A stretch of 62,967 nucleotides of DNA, filler included, from Octopus bimaculoides (lineage: Eukaryota), in NCBI RefSeq assembly GCF_001194135.2. It is 8 parts of 7 records of this genome, joined end to end, with 100 filler letters (N's around TTAATTAATTAA, not from the genome) between each part and the next. Parts side by side here need not be neighbours in the genome. Positions count along the whole stretch, not along the records: positions 22,726 to 37,296 come from NC_068986.1; positions 37,397 to 52,426 come from NC_068986.1; 6 more parts are not named here. One strand, 5' to 3'. Numbering within the stretch: position 1 is the first letter of the stretch; each line of letters opens with the position of its first letter. This document shows positions 24,261 through 37,650 of this stretch, piece after piece. The notes beneath the pieces are model-generated. The model had not been told where the DNA came from and ran no database searches. It was given only the letters and a program-made list of their open reading frames with translations. A program made the position numbers and the translations under genes.

Positions 24261-24414
24261 CTGCAATGAAGAGGGAATTCTTTTCAATGCTATTATTATT
24301 ATTATAATTAGTAGTAGTAGTAGTAGTAGCAGCAGCATGACCAGCATTAGTAATAGTTATATTATTATTATTATTAGTAGTAGTAGTNNNNNNNNNNTAT
24401 ATTATTATTATTAT

Positions 24415-24457
<43 letters not shown>

Positions 24458-24684
24458 CGTCGTGGTACAGTAGAGCTGTGAATGTAAATGAAAATATTTG
24501 CCAAAACAGCTACTGGACACGACATTCATTATTGCACGTTTACATCACATTATCAGAACTGACGCTCTTGGGAAATGGAACAAAAAAAAAGAAAAAAAAA
24601 GTACAAACAAGAGAAAGTGTTAGTGTTGTATGTGTCTGAGGCTATTTTGTATGTACTATAAATATGTGTGTGGTGTGGTGTGGC

Positions 24685-24715
<31 letters not shown>

Positions 24716-25272
24716 CCTGGTGTATTATATATGGAGAGAGTGAACAGAACCCAATAAAGTTTGAAAATCAATTAAGGTAGTTCGTACTTTTTATCAATCT
24801 ATGGAGAAAGAGTTAAATTTGCTCAGTTTTTGTATATACTACAGACACAAAAACACAGACATACAAACACACTCACATACACACATAAACACATTCACAA
24901 CCACAAACACCCATATCAAAACACATTCGCAACCACATACACAAACACAAAAACACATTCACAACCCCATACACACACAAACACACATGTATGGGAAGGC
25001 GCATACCCTAGTGGTTTGAGGTGTTGCCCTCGTGATCACGGTTTCAATTCCTAGATGAGCTGTGCACTGTGTTTTTAAGCAAAACACTTCATTTCATGTC
25101 ACTAAAGTCCACTCAGCTGTAAAGGGTACACACTGAGATAGAGCAGCCTTCCACCCATGCCTACCCAGCTGGGTGGTGTCATTCCAAAGCTAAATTGATG
25201 CACAGTGCATTGTGACAAGCAATGTATCACAACTCTGAGAGTCGATCGCATGAGATATACACACACAAACAG

Positions 25273-25314
<42 letters not shown>

Positions 25315-25940
25315 NNNNNNNNNNNNNNNNNNNNNNNNNNNNNNNNNNNNNNNNNNNNNNNNNNNNNNNNNNNNNNNNNNNNNNNNNNNNNNNNNNNNNN
25401 NNNNNNNNNNNNNNNNNNNNNNNNNNNNNNNNNNNNNNNNNNNNNNNNNNNNNNNNNNNNNNNNNNNNNNNNNNNNNNNNNNNNNNNNNNNNNNNNNNNN
25501 NNNNNNNNNNNNNNNNNNNNNNNNNNNNNNNNNNNNNNNNNNNNNNNNNNNNNNNNNNNNNNNNNNNNNNNNNNNNNNNNNNNNNNNNNNNNNNNNNNNN
25601 NNNNNNNNNNNNNNNNNNNNNNNNNNNNNNNNNNNNNNNNNNNNNNNNNNNNNNNNNNNNNNNNNNNNNNNNNNNNNNNNNNNNNNNNNNNNNNNNNNNN
25701 NNNNNNNNNNNNNNNNNNNNNNNNNNNNNNNNNNNNNNNNNNNNNNNNNNNNNNNNNNNNNNNNNNNNNNNNNNNNNNNNNNNNNNNNNNNNNNNNNNNN
25801 NNNNNNNNNNNNNNNNNNNNNNNNNNNNNNNNNNNNNNNNNNNNNNNNNNNNNNNNNNNNNNNNNNNNNNNNNNNNNNNNNNNNNNNNNNNNNNNNNNNN
25901 NNNNNNNNNNNNNNNNNNNNNNNNNNNNNNNNNNNNNNNN

Positions 25941-26118
25941 GTAAAAGCACCCACTACACTGAGTGGTTGGCGTTAGGAAGGGCATCCAGCTGTAGAAACT
26001 CTGCCAAATTAGATTGGAGCCTGGTGTAGCCATCCGGTTGCACCAGTCCTCAGTCAAATCGTCCAACCCATGCTAGCATGGAAAGCGGACGTTAAACGAT
26101 GATGATGATGATGATGAT
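25941..26118 (+). mobile_element. family B retroposon
   Basis: Consensus body and (GAT)n tail; 5' end lost in a gap. Confidence 0.85.
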
Positions 26119-26424
26119 ATGGGAGAGAGAGAGAGAGAGATTGAAACAGTTTGATTCAGTCTATTTGGTACTCTGAGTTTCAAGTGTGTTGCTAGTCTTC
26201 GAGCATTGGGGTCTGAATGTGAGTTCGATTGAGTCAGTGTTTACTACTGGATGTTAACCTGTGATTTGCTGAGAAAGGTCGCACGGTATAGCAGTTTGAT
26301 ATTAGTATATAGTGATAACTATTACATTGAAAATACCACACAGTGAACAAGAAATATGTATAGATATATATATATGTATGGATATCATTATATATATATG
26401 TTATATATGTGTATGCACATATAT

Positions 26425-26834
26425 ATGAGAGGCAGCTGAAAAGTTCCTGGCATTAAAGATATTGTGAAATGCCTGGTTAGAGTACCAACTTTCCGAATTC
26501 TTTTACAGGACTTAAGAAAACTGAAGGACTGCTGCAATTAGTGTGTGAATCTGAGAGCGGAATATATTGAATAAAATCATGCGGGTGACACGTAAAAGCA
26601 CCCACTACACTCTCTGAGTGGTTGGCATTAGGAAGGGCATCCAGCTGTAGAAACTCTGCCAAATTAGATTGGAGCCTGGTGTTGCCATCCGGTTTCACCA
26701 GTCATCAGTCAAATCGTCCAACCCATGCTAGCGTGGAAAGCGGACGTTAAACGATGATGATGATGATGATAATTAACTGATCTTCCTGTATCTTCTTTTA
26801 CCAAGAGCCAGGAACTTTTCAGTACCCACTTGTA
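26425..26834. mobile_element. mariner-type MITE (same family, opposite orientation), interrupted by family B
   Basis: TIRs gctgaaaagttcctggc and gccaggaacttttcagt; internal sequence is the reverse complement of part of 14171-14379. Confidence 0.8.
26581..26770 (+). mobile_element. family B retroposon nested in a mariner-type MITE
   Basis: Interrupts atcat|aatta of the MITE; compare the empty site at 14221-14250. Confidence 0.85.
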
Positions 26835-26844
26835 TATATCATCA

Positions 26845-26985
26845 TCAACATTATCATTTAATGTCCATTGTCCAGGCTGGCATGGGTTGGATGGCTTGAC
26901 CAGCACTGGAAAACTGGAACGCTGTACCAGACTCTAGTCTCATTTGACATGGTTTCTATGGCTGGATGCCCTTCCTAATGCCAAT
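26845..26985 (-). mobile_element. family B retroposon, inverted relative to 26581-26770
   Basis: catcatttaatgtccattgtccaggctggcatgggttgg...ggatgcccttcctaatgcca. Confidence 0.75.
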
Positions 26986-27304
26986 GGGTGCTTTCTTCTG
27001 TAGCTCCAGCATGGGTGTTTTTGTACATAGCACCAGCACACATGCTATTTCATGTAGCGCCAGCATCATCACACTTTTGTGGGGCCAGCACAAAGGCTTT
27101 TTACAGGACTTCATTTAAAATTATTTCGATATCTATAACTATTTCTGATCCCAGCTTAATTTCTTCTTCTGTTTTTCCCTTTCCTCTAAAACATAAAACA
27201 AAGACAATTACAACGATAATATTATTCACCCACAATCTACTGTTCTGTAACTCCATCCTGAAGATGTCCAAAATACAAAAACAAGCTGCCCACTGATGTG
27301 ACAG

Positions 27305-27425
27305 TGTGGCTGAGAAGCATGCTTTGCAACCATGTGGCTTTGAGTTCAGTACCACTGTATAGCATACCTTGGGCAAGTGTCTTGTGAATGGATCTGGTAG
27401 ACAGAAACTGAAAGAAGCCTTATAT
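27305..27425 (+). mobile_element. family A SINE head, diverged
   Basis: gtggctgagaagcatgc...accttgggcaagtgtc...ggaaactg-type gaaactgaaagaagcc. Confidence 0.65.
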
Positions 27426-28414
27426 GTGTGTGCACATGAGTTTGTGTATGATCGTATGTACCCTTCTTGTGATATCCTGAAGAGGCTGTAAATGACCAGT
27501 AGCGTTAAACACAACCATTCTTATGTACAACAGCAAAATAATAGGGCTCTTGTGAATGTTGTATAGAATACCTCACAGTATTCATTCCGAATCTCCACAC
27601 TCTGAGTTCAATTTCCACTGATGTCAAACCTGTCTCTCAATATTTCAGGGCCAATAAAAACCACCCTGACCATGAACAGTGGATTAGAAACACTGATAAA
27701 TAGTCTAGTGAGATGCCATGCAATACCTGTTTCAGCTCTTTTATCCTGAAAGTGCCATCTACAATTACACAGATACCATGTTATATGAACCCAAGCTGAG
27801 GGCCCTCTCCTCTGTGTAAACATGAGTAATACAGGAACAGAAAAATTGAAGACTGGCATATATGTGTAGCCAAGAGTCTTCTTCGACAAATGTTGTACAC
27901 ACAAGGTTGACCATGCAGATACAAGGCCAATATTGACCTATGGACACCTTACTCTCCTCACCAGTGAAATTATAGAAAAACATAGACATCTGTTTCATTA
28001 TCATACTACATTAGCATAGCAAAGAGAATTTATTTGGAATTTATTCTCAGTGGTAAAGATGGCCACAAGTGTAGACAGAAGATCAATTGAGTGTGAAGGT
28101 GTATGTGTGTGAAGGTGTATATGTGTGAAGGTGTGTGTGTGTGTGTGTATGTAGGGGGTGTGTGTGTATGTAGGGGGTGCATGCATATGTGTGTTTCTAT
28201 AGCAATCCTTTCCTATTTAATAGCCAGACACACCATTAGAGAATATCAATGGTTTATCATCAAGTTGGTTAACAAGATGTCAGTTTTGTTTCATAAAATA
28301 TGCATAAAGGAAAGTCTGCATACAAATACACAAATAAACACACACATACACACAGATGTGTATACATGCATCCATATATTCATACATTACACACACACCA
28401 CACAAATGCTTATC

Positions 28415-28481
<67 letters not shown>

Positions 28482-29194
28482 ATATGCAGAATCTTATGCA
28501 TGTGTCTCAGTGTGTATGAGTATAGGTATGTACACACAGACACACAAATTTAATGGTGTTGGTGATGATGATAGCTCTTTCACTGAAAATGACATATGAC
28601 ATTTGTTTTCTTGATCAACAAGGAGACCTTTTAACTTACCTAGTGTCCAAACCAGCCGAGCATTCCATGGACATAAGTATCTCTGGTGCAATTCCCATAT
28701 AAAAACTAGATGCATATCACAGACAGGGTGAATGAAACAGACTTGTACATAGCTTCCATCTGATTTCACTGTCAGGTCCATTGTAAAAGAAAACATCTGC
28801 CTATGTGCAATGCCATGAGATTGAACCCAGGATCTGAGGGTTACAAAACCAGATTCTTAGTCACTTAGCTTGGCTCTTTTATAATTCTGAGTCTGTGAAA
28901 GAACTTATTTCATAGGTGCATTTAGAGAAAGATACTCCAGCAGATCTGCCGCAGAGGAAGTATTCCCTCTCAACATACCTGTGCTCCCGTCACACAACCT
29001 GTGCCCTTACAGAGTATATTGTTTACACAGTATGGAATTCCTACATACATTTCTATATTTAAGAGATGAGGAACTATATACATTATTTACATTATTTATA
29101 TTTGACAGATATTTGTCCTCATCTTGGTTGTTAATACATTTGTCACAAGTCCTCACTGGTCTCCTAGCAAGGTAACATTTCCTCATAGCCAGAC

Positions 29195-29790
29195 ATGCAA
29201 ATGAGTAAGACACAAGCAAACAAGTAAGACGCAAGTGAACGAGTACGACAAGAACGAGTAAGGCAAGTAAGACACAAGTGGACAGGTAAGACACAAGTGG
29301 ACAAGTAAGACAAGTGGATGGATAAGACAAGTGAATGAGTAAGACAAGTGAACGAATAAGACAAGTGGATGAGTAAGACACAAGTGAACGAGTAAGACAC
29401 AAGTGAACGAGTAAGACACAAGTGAACGAGTAAGACACAAGTGAACGAGTAAGACAANNNNNNNNNNGTAAGACAAGTGAATGAGTAAGACAAGTGAACG
29501 AGTAAGACAAGTGGATGAGTAAGACACAAGTGAACAAGTAAGATGCAAGTGAATAAGACACAAGTGGACAAGTAAGGCAGAAGTAAACGAGTAAGACGCA
29601 AGTGAACAAGTAAGACACAAGTGGACATGTATGATGAGCAAGTATGGAAGTGTTTAACAGAAGTGAATGAGTATGATAAGTGTGAGAAGTGAACAAATGT
29701 GGGACAAATGAATGCATGTGACACAAAGGAACTAGTATGGCAAGTGAATGAGTATGACAAGTGAACAAGTGTGACAAGAATAAAGGTGCA
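29195..29790. repeat. 17/19-bp minisatellite
   Basis: gagtaagacacaagtgaac and gagtaagacaagtgaac units, decaying toward both ends. Confidence 0.9.
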
Positions 29791-29817
29791 CGAGAAGCTC
29801 TGACATGTGAACACATG

Positions 29818-29879
<62 letters not shown>

Positions 29880-30530
29880 AAAACACATAATAGGATTATG
29901 AAGAGACAAAAACAAAACATTTTTACAAAATAATACATAGCATTCATATTATTAGCTGTTTGAGTTAATTCCTTTAGATTTTATCTAATTTATTAAAATT
30001 CAATAGATGTGAGTAAATGCATTTGTAAAATTTTGGTAAATGCATGCACACGCTAATACACCAACCTCCACACACTCACAAAATCCCCCACACACAGACA
30101 CATATCAACAATCACAGACATGTACCCACTACTTAAATCATTCCAATGACATTTTAGCCTTGCCATGTGGAAGAACCAAATATGATTAGATGTCCAATAT
30201 AGACATCAGGGTGGATGAGAAGAGTTTGAAGAAACAATTGATATTATCTGCTCAGTTGCTTGCCAAATATTTGCTAAGTACAGAACACTGGAATAATATC
30301 ATACACACACACACACACACACACACACAATTATGTAAACATGTCTGCATGGAGATAAAAACACCGATATATACGCACACATAAAAACTCACATAAATAC
30401 ATATGCACATACAAACAGGCAATCACATATACATACAGACGCTATCTAATTGGACTTTGAACACAGAGCACAAGTGTGTGAGTGAGAAAATGTGTGAGAG
30501 TAAAAGTGGCAGTGGATGTGCGTGTGTGCA

Positions 30531-30612
<82 letters not shown>

Positions 30613-30654
30613 GTGATCATCTATATGTGTTCTGCATGTATATGTATGTGTGTG

Positions 30655-30760
30655 CATCATCATCATCATCACCACCATCGTTTAACGTCTATTTTCCATG
30701 CTGGAATGGGTTGGACAGTTTGACAGGAGGTGGCCAGCCGGAGAGCTGTCCAGACTCCAA
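30655..30760 (-). mobile_element. family B retroposon fragment
   Basis: (CAT)n cgtttaacgtctattttccatgctggaatgggttggac. Confidence 0.7.
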
Positions 30761-30832
30761 TTAAACAGATGCAGGAATATATGATTATATGTGTGTATTA
30801 ATGTGTGTATAAAGATTACATGTATATGAATG

Positions 30833-30874
<42 letters not shown>

Positions 30875-31397
30875 TAGTATATGAGCATTGAAGTTATACA
30901 AGTTGTGTCATACATTTCCAACATTTTGCATGATTGTATGTATGTATAAAAGTTTGTATGCACAGCAAACCCACGACCATCGAGGGTTTTACTTTCCAAC
31001 ATCCCCTCCCCCATGAAAGGTGAAAATCCATGAAGTGGAAACAGAACTGTACTGTATATTTCTTTATCATTTTTATAACATGTATCTATTCATTTCATTA
31101 TAAATGCAAAACACCAGAAGGATCGATGTAAGCTTAAATAATAAACCGCAATAGATGAACCGTGACATGGTGAGGAATTACTGTATTTACATCCATCGAT
31201 CCATGTGTACATAACGAGCATATATACTCATTAAATGAATACATGTCTATCAGAGCATATACACCTCTACCGATCCCTTTTGATTGAATTTTTTTTTTCT
31301 AAAAGAAAAGCTCTACAATTGTATTCGTCCCCTCTGTGTGCAGCCCTGTGTGGCCAATAAAAGAAAGTTATCTATCTACCTATCTATATTAATTTAT

Positions 31398-31440
<43 letters not shown>

Positions 31441-31503
31441 GTGTGAATGGTTTTGTTAAGCCATGTCGAGATTTACAATTCTGTAAATAATAATAACGAT
31501 ATA

Positions 31504-31679
31504 TTTTTATAAGCTTAAATCTTATAACAATCAGCGTGCAAATGACTAAAGAAAATAGTCTAATAATAGGGCATATGAGCCATCAACAGAAAAAAAGTAG
31601 ACTTTCTCGTACGCATGAGAAAGACTATTTTCCTTACTCATTTGCACGGTGATCGCTATAAGCTTTAAGCTTGTGAAAA
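31504..31679. mobile_element. MITE with ~58-bp TIRs
   Basis: ataagcttaaatcttataacaatcagcgtgcaaatgactaaagaaaatagtct vs agactattttccttactcatttgcacggtgatcgctataagctttaagcttgt. Confidence 0.8.
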
Positions 31680-31696
31680 CCACACAAACACACACA

Positions 31697-31737
<41 letters not shown>

Positions 31738-32132
31738 GTATCATTGCTATTATGTTATGCTGTGGTATGTCCAAATTTAGTCAAATGCGTTTTGTTTCAA
31801 TATTTGATTTTCCTTGCAATAGCCAGTTCTTTTGGTCAAACTATTGTATCTCCAGCTGCCAAGATATGAAAATTGTCAAAGTGTAGTACAATGGTTTAGC
31901 ATTTTTCAGAAGTGTAGTAAGACCCACATATGACAGTTTTACAAAAGCATTTCTGACTGACAATATCATACATGCATAGAGTTACGATTTTATGCACCCA
32001 ACGAAGTATTGTTAAGCTGAAACTGTTGCTAATGTCAAAAGAAATGGAATAGCGAAACTAAAAGTATTCTTTCGTTTTCTGAAGAAGCAACGTTTTGGAC
32101 TTACAACACTTTTTTGTATAATAGCAATGATA

Positions 32133-32762
32133 TAGGATCTTTTTTAAAACGGGGGCCACATTTTTCATTAATCTTTTACGTAGTGTTTTTGGTACCGAAA
32201 GACTTTCAAACTTCGTATACTTATCTATTTTGTGTTATAGAACAGAGAAATATTTTTGTATTCGAATTTGTTTCATGTAAAAAATTGTCTTATTTCGATA
32301 ATTTCAACCAATCACTGACAAGTATTCAGTTGTTTACATTTACTCCTTTGGCTGATTAAGCCATAGCTTCGTTTTATTTGCCTTTTTCATTNNNNNNNNN
32401 NNNNNNNNNNNNNNNNNNNNNNNNNNNNNNNNNNNNNNNNNNNNNNNNNNNNNNNNNNNNNNNNNNNNNNNNNNNNNNNNNNNNNNNNNNNNNNNNNNNN
32501 NNNNNNNNNNNNNNNNNNNNNNNNNNNNNNNNNNNNNNNNNNNNNNNNNNNNNNNNNNNNNNNNNNNNNNNNNNNNNNNNNNNNNNNNNNNNNNNNNNNN
32601 NNNNNNNNNNNNNNAACTTTAACATGGAATAACTTAGGGATTTCTTTTTTTTTTAAGAAGACTAGGAGAAAAAGATGTTTTATATGACACATTCTACCAG
32701 TGTTCCAAGTTTCAAAGTGTTTCGTTAATGAAAAATGTGGCCCCCGTTTTAAAAAATATCCA

Positions 32763-32763
<1 letters not shown>
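32133..32763. mobile_element. non-autonomous DNA transposon with ~37-bp TIRs (internal gap)
   Basis: ttttttaaaacgggggccacatttttcattaa and ttaatgaaaaatgtggcccccgttttaaaaaa. Confidence 0.8.
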
Positions 32764-32795
<32 letters not shown>

Positions 32796-32930
32796 GTCTC
32801 AAGCTACTACTATCTAGCACCTTCGAATGATTGCTACTCAACCGCTACACAACTGCTACTCAACACTACTACGGCCAGACTGCCTCTATATGTCTTGGAA
32901 GATCCTACTTCTTCGCCTGGGGGCATTGAC

Positions 32931-32962
<32 letters not shown>

Positions 32963-33445
32963 GTATACATATATATACATATATATATATATATGTATGT
33001 GTCTGTGTTTGTCCCTCCACCATCGTTTGAACTTGGATGAACATAATTGAGTAAGTAAAAAGACACTGTGTAGTAGGATTGATCTAGACACCTTGGGATT
33101 ATGAAGTAAACGCCTTAATCATTTGACCAAGCCTGTGCTCTTATGCAGCAGTACAAACAGCCATACATAAATCATAGGGAAAAGAGAAAAGAAAGCGGAG
33201 GTGAAATGGGTGTGAGCAGAGTTAATTCAGTACATTTAAGGTTGAGCAGTCCAGCACAATAAATGCCAAGGAAGAACGCATAAAAATATAAAGAATAAAT
33301 GGCAGATTGTCAGATGTTGGCAATTGACTGTCGAAATTTGGAAATTCCTTTTTATTCCTGAAGGGTCGTCAAAGCCTTAACATACATACACACACACACA
33401 CACATTTTCATAAGCGTATATATGTGCTTGTTGATATGAGTACAC

Positions 33446-33504
<59 letters not shown>

Positions 33505-34288
33505 CACACATATATATTATGCACACATGCAAAAATTAGCAGTCACATAAACGTATGTGCACATAAATACATATTTCCAGATGACTGTGTAGTCATACAT
33601 TGTCACTATCTATCTATCTATCTATCTATATATATATAACCCCTCTCGTTCTTCCTCTGTTACTACTACGTATCTCTTTTTTCCCCCTCGTACTTCCTCT
33701 CTTCCTCTCGTTGCTCACCTATTCTTCTACTTCCTCCCTTTGTTTCTCCCTCTGCCACTCTCTCTCTTGCCCTTACACCAGCATGGTCACATGCTTCCGG
33801 TCAATAATCCTTTTCTTCCTTGGCTGTCGCCGAGCAAACACACGAACCATTTCGTCCCTACTTTCAAGTTCGTGCCTCATAGCGTTCATACACAAACAAT
33901 TTTTCTCGTCTGGCCGTAAAGCCTTTTCTGTTTGTTTTCCTGTCTTGTTNNNNNNNNNNNNNNNNNNNNNNNNNNNNNNNNNNNNNNNNNNNNNNNNNNN
34001 NNNNNNNNNNNNNNNNNNNNNNNNNNNNNNNNNNNNNNNNNNNNNNNNNNNNNNNNNNNNNNNNNNNNNNNNNNNNNNNNNNNNNNNNNNNNNNNNNNNN
34101 NNNNNNNNNAAACGCCGGTGTTAAAACGGAGGTAGCTGATGAAGTAGAATATTCTCTATGTGGCTTGTGTGTTTTCTCGTCTCTGTTTTGTTTGCAATGT
34201 CCTGTACCCAGATATGCACCTATACATACAGGTGGATGTCTGTATGCACATACCTGTACGTATATATGCATATACTCATTTACTATTT

Positions 34289-34321
<33 letters not shown>

Positions 34322-34323
<2 letters not shown>

Positions 34324-34610
34324 TGCAAGAGTGGCTGTGTGGTAAGTAGCTTGCTTACCAGCCACTTGGTTCCGGGTTCAGTCCCACTGTGTGGCACCTT
34401 GGGCAATTGTCTTCTACTATAACCTCAGGCCGAATAAAGCCCTGTGAGTGGATTTGGTTCATGGAAACTGAAAGAAGCCTGTTGTATTCATATGTGTGTG
34501 TATGTATATCTTTATATCCCACCACCATTTGGCAGTTGGGTTTTTGTCCCTGTAACCTAGCAGCTGAACAAAAGTGAATGATAGAATAATTAGCAAATTT
34601 ACATAAAAAA
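34322..34610 (+). mobile_element. family A SINE
   Basis: Head plus partial body. Confidence 0.8.
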
Positions 34611-34739
34611 GATTGCTCTGTAACAAAGAGAGCAGATTTTCAATTCCACTGCATAGCATCCGGAAGAAACAAATTTTTATGTCTATACTTTTGAGTCAAC
34701 CCACCCTTATGAAATTGCAAAGAGAAATAGTCGTAGTTG

Positions 34740-35118
34740 TGGCCGATGCCAGTAGCGCCTGACTGGCACCTGTGCTGGTGGCACGTGAAAGGCACCACCC
34801 AAGCATTGGGCCCCATGGAGGCAGTGACAGATGACCAATACCCTTGGTGATATACCATCCTTGTGCTGTGCTATCAAGACAAGTGAGACCATAGTCGTGA
34901 CTGATGCTGGTGTCAGGTCAGTGGCACCTGTGCCAGTGGCATGTAAAAAGCACCCACTACACTCTCGGAGTGGTTGGCATAAAGAAGGGCATCTAGCTGT
35001 AGAAACCCAGACTGGAACCTAGTGCAGCCTCTCAGCTTACCAGTTTCCAGTCAAGGCATCCAACACATGCCAGCTTGGAAAGCTGACGTTAAACGACGAC
35101 GACGATGATGATGATGGT
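34740..35118 (+). mobile_element. family B retroposon, long diverged copy
   Basis: Double-hairpin subrepeats, consensus body and a gac/gat tail. Confidence 0.75.
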
Positions 35119-35289
35119 GGTTGCGGTGGTGGTGGTGGTGGTGGGTGGATTATGACTGTAATTGATAAGTGCAAACACAGTGTCATACTAATACTAGATG
35201 AGAATTTTGATGAAGTCAAGTGTCATTGGAATACTCAGCCGTGAAAGATCTCTAGAATAACATTACTCAGCAAGTTGCAGGACTTGAAG

Positions 35290-35680
35290 ATCAGAGAGTT
35301 TCTCTGGCTAGGAATGCTCCCCACCCCGTCAGTGAGAGGGATTGTACAATGGATGTAACTAGAATGTCACAGGAAAGGATTGCAAAACAGATTCTTCAAG
35401 ATGAGACAATCAGCAAGAGACCAAGAGGCAGACGAAGTATGAGACTGAGGGTTAGACCAAGAATGAGACTGAGGGTTAGACCAAGAATGAGACTGNNNNN
35501 NNNNNAGGAGACTGAGTTAGACCAAGAAGGAGACTGAGTTAGACCAAGAAGGAGACTGAGTTAGACCAAGAAGGAGACTGAGAGTTAGACCAATAATATC
35601 CACAATTTCAGCTGGTCAAGCTTGAGAATCCATCAGGAAAGTATAATGACAGTTACTTCTGAGAGCACCCTATCAAACAG
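35290..35680 (+). mobile_element. LINE (RTE-like) post-RT C-terminal remnant, split by a minisatellite
   Basis: VTRMSQERIAKQILQDETISKRPRGR, then after the repeat NIHNFSWSSLRIHQESIMTVTSE; matches HV.RM...R..K.......KRPRGRP..RW.D.I. Confidence 0.65.
35440..35594. repeat. 24/22-bp minisatellite
   Basis: tgagactgagggttagaccaagaa twice, then ggagactgagttagaccaagaa units. Confidence 0.9.
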
Positions 35681-36124
35681 GTGGTGGAGGACTCTACCTC
35701 TACAACCTTCCCAGGAATAGAAGGTACAGAAAACGGTTGGAAGAATAAATGGGAGAAATTACTTGTTTGTTAAAACAAAATCAAAACACCGCAAGAGAAT
35801 TAAGACTCCATAAATGATAAAAAATATTCGATATATGTCGTGGAGATGAGAAAAGAAGCACATTGCTGATTGATTGTAAGGAAATCAATTTTCTAAAATT
35901 CATATGCAAAAATATTATTTTCAATATACTTTAACAAAATACAGAATTGATCAGCAAGCATTTTATGTGATTACTATTGAATCTTGCTGGGTTGATATTA
36001 AAGATGGGCTTTATTGATAAATCATTGGTAAGTCTTGGGAATTTCAAATCTCATTTGGGTGATAGCACCGGGAAAAATGGTCAAATATGCTACAATCTTT
36101 TCAAGAAGCCTGTTGTGTGTGGCG

Positions 36125-36171
<47 letters not shown>

Positions 36172-36519
36172 GGCTTCTTTCACTTTCTATCTACCGAGTC
36201 TGCTCACAAAGATGTGGTCTGTCTGGAGCTATAGGACATTCACCCTAAGTATCTTGCAACGGGATTGAACTGAAAACAACATGGTTGCAATGTTGCCTAT
36301 TGAAGCTGCCATTACATTTCATAATTCACTTTCTTAAAATCTTTAATTGTTGACTTAAGAACAATTAATGATAGTTTCTCAATTCCTGTCGATATTAACA
36401 CATGAAAGTCTTGGTTGCTATCAAAGAGTTATTCCAAAGACATCATATAAAAGGTCTCCATGAATTTCTGTTTCCTTTTGGGACACACAGATACACAAAG
36501 GGCTTCCACAAAATTCCAT

Positions 36520-36690
36520 CATCATCATAATTTAACGTCTGTTGTCCATGCTAGCATGGGTTAGACAGTTTGACCAGGGCTGGAAAGATGCAAGGCTGTA
36601 CGAGACTCCAGTCTGATTTGGCATGATTTCTATGGCTGGATGCCCTTCCTAATGCTAACCACTCAGAGAGTGTAATGGGTGCTTTCATAA
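36520..36690 (-). mobile_element. family B retroposon
   Basis: tttaacgtctgttgtccatgctagcatgggttagac...ggatgcccttcctaatgctaaccactc. Confidence 0.75.
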
Positions 36691-37396
36691 TTACATATAC
36701 TAACAAGCACCATTCTCGTACACAGTACATATGCACACACACAAACTCACGCAAACACACATGTATGTATATATATATACAGCTGATGAAGGGGATGTTT
36801 CTATGTGGCCTGCATGTTTGTTGCACCTTGTTTACCATTTTGTCCTTGTTCTTTTACCACATCATGTACCCAGTTATGTATCTATATGTACATGTAGATG
36901 AACGTATATACATACATGTACATATATATGCATATACTCATATATTGTTTGTATCACGACAGAATGCACGCGTTACCGTTATACAGTAAGTTTTAACTAT
37001 TTTTCTAACGCGTCTCTCTATTTCTATCTCCCCCTCTCATTCTTCCCTCTACTGTTCTTCGCCTCTACCTGTCACTACTTCTCCCTCTCTCTATCTCTTG
37101 TTACTCGTCCTTCGCCTCTCACCGTTCTACTACTAGCTCTCTCTCTCTACCTCTCGTTGCTCACTTTTATTCTACTTCCTCCCCTCCTTTTCCCTCTGCT
37201 ACTCTTTCTCTTCACACAGCCTTGGTCACGTGTGTCCGGCTGCTATTTCTTTTCCTTCTTGGAATCACCAAGCTCGCACGTACTTCTTTGCCCCTCNNNN
37301 NNNNNNNNNNNNNNNNNNNNNNNNNNNNNNNNNNNNNNNNTTAATTAATTAANNNNNNNNNNNNNNNNNNNNNNNNNNNNNNNNNNNNNNNNNNNN

Positions 37397-37650
37397 TGCG
37401 GGTGGCACATAAAAGACACCATTTCGAGCGTGGCCGTTGCCAGTATCGCCTGACTGGCCTTCGTGCAGGTGACACGTAAAAGCACCTACTACACTCTCTG
37501 AGTGGTTGGCGTTAGGAAGGGCATCCAGCTGTAGAAACTCTGCTAAATTTAGATTGGAGCCTGGTGTTGCCATCCGGTTTCACCAGTCTTCAGTCAAGTC
37601 GTCCAACCCATGCTAGCATGGAAAGCGGACGTTAAACGATGATGATGATG
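37397..37650 (+). mobile_element. family B retroposon
   Basis: Near-consensus copy with (GAT)n tail. Confidence 0.85.

Noticed and set aside
28640-28706. Minus-strand exon ending at a TAG|gtaagt donor
   Set aside because: Strong donor but weak acceptor and an unconvincing peptide; unsupported.
29221-29600. CRISPR-like regular repeats
   Set aside because: Contiguous tandem units with no unique spacers, eukaryotic context and no cas genes.
29007-29886. 150-270 aa ORFs with a CLTRSLVSYSFT repeat
   Set aside because: Produced by the 17/19-bp minisatellite; open in several frames with no coding signal.
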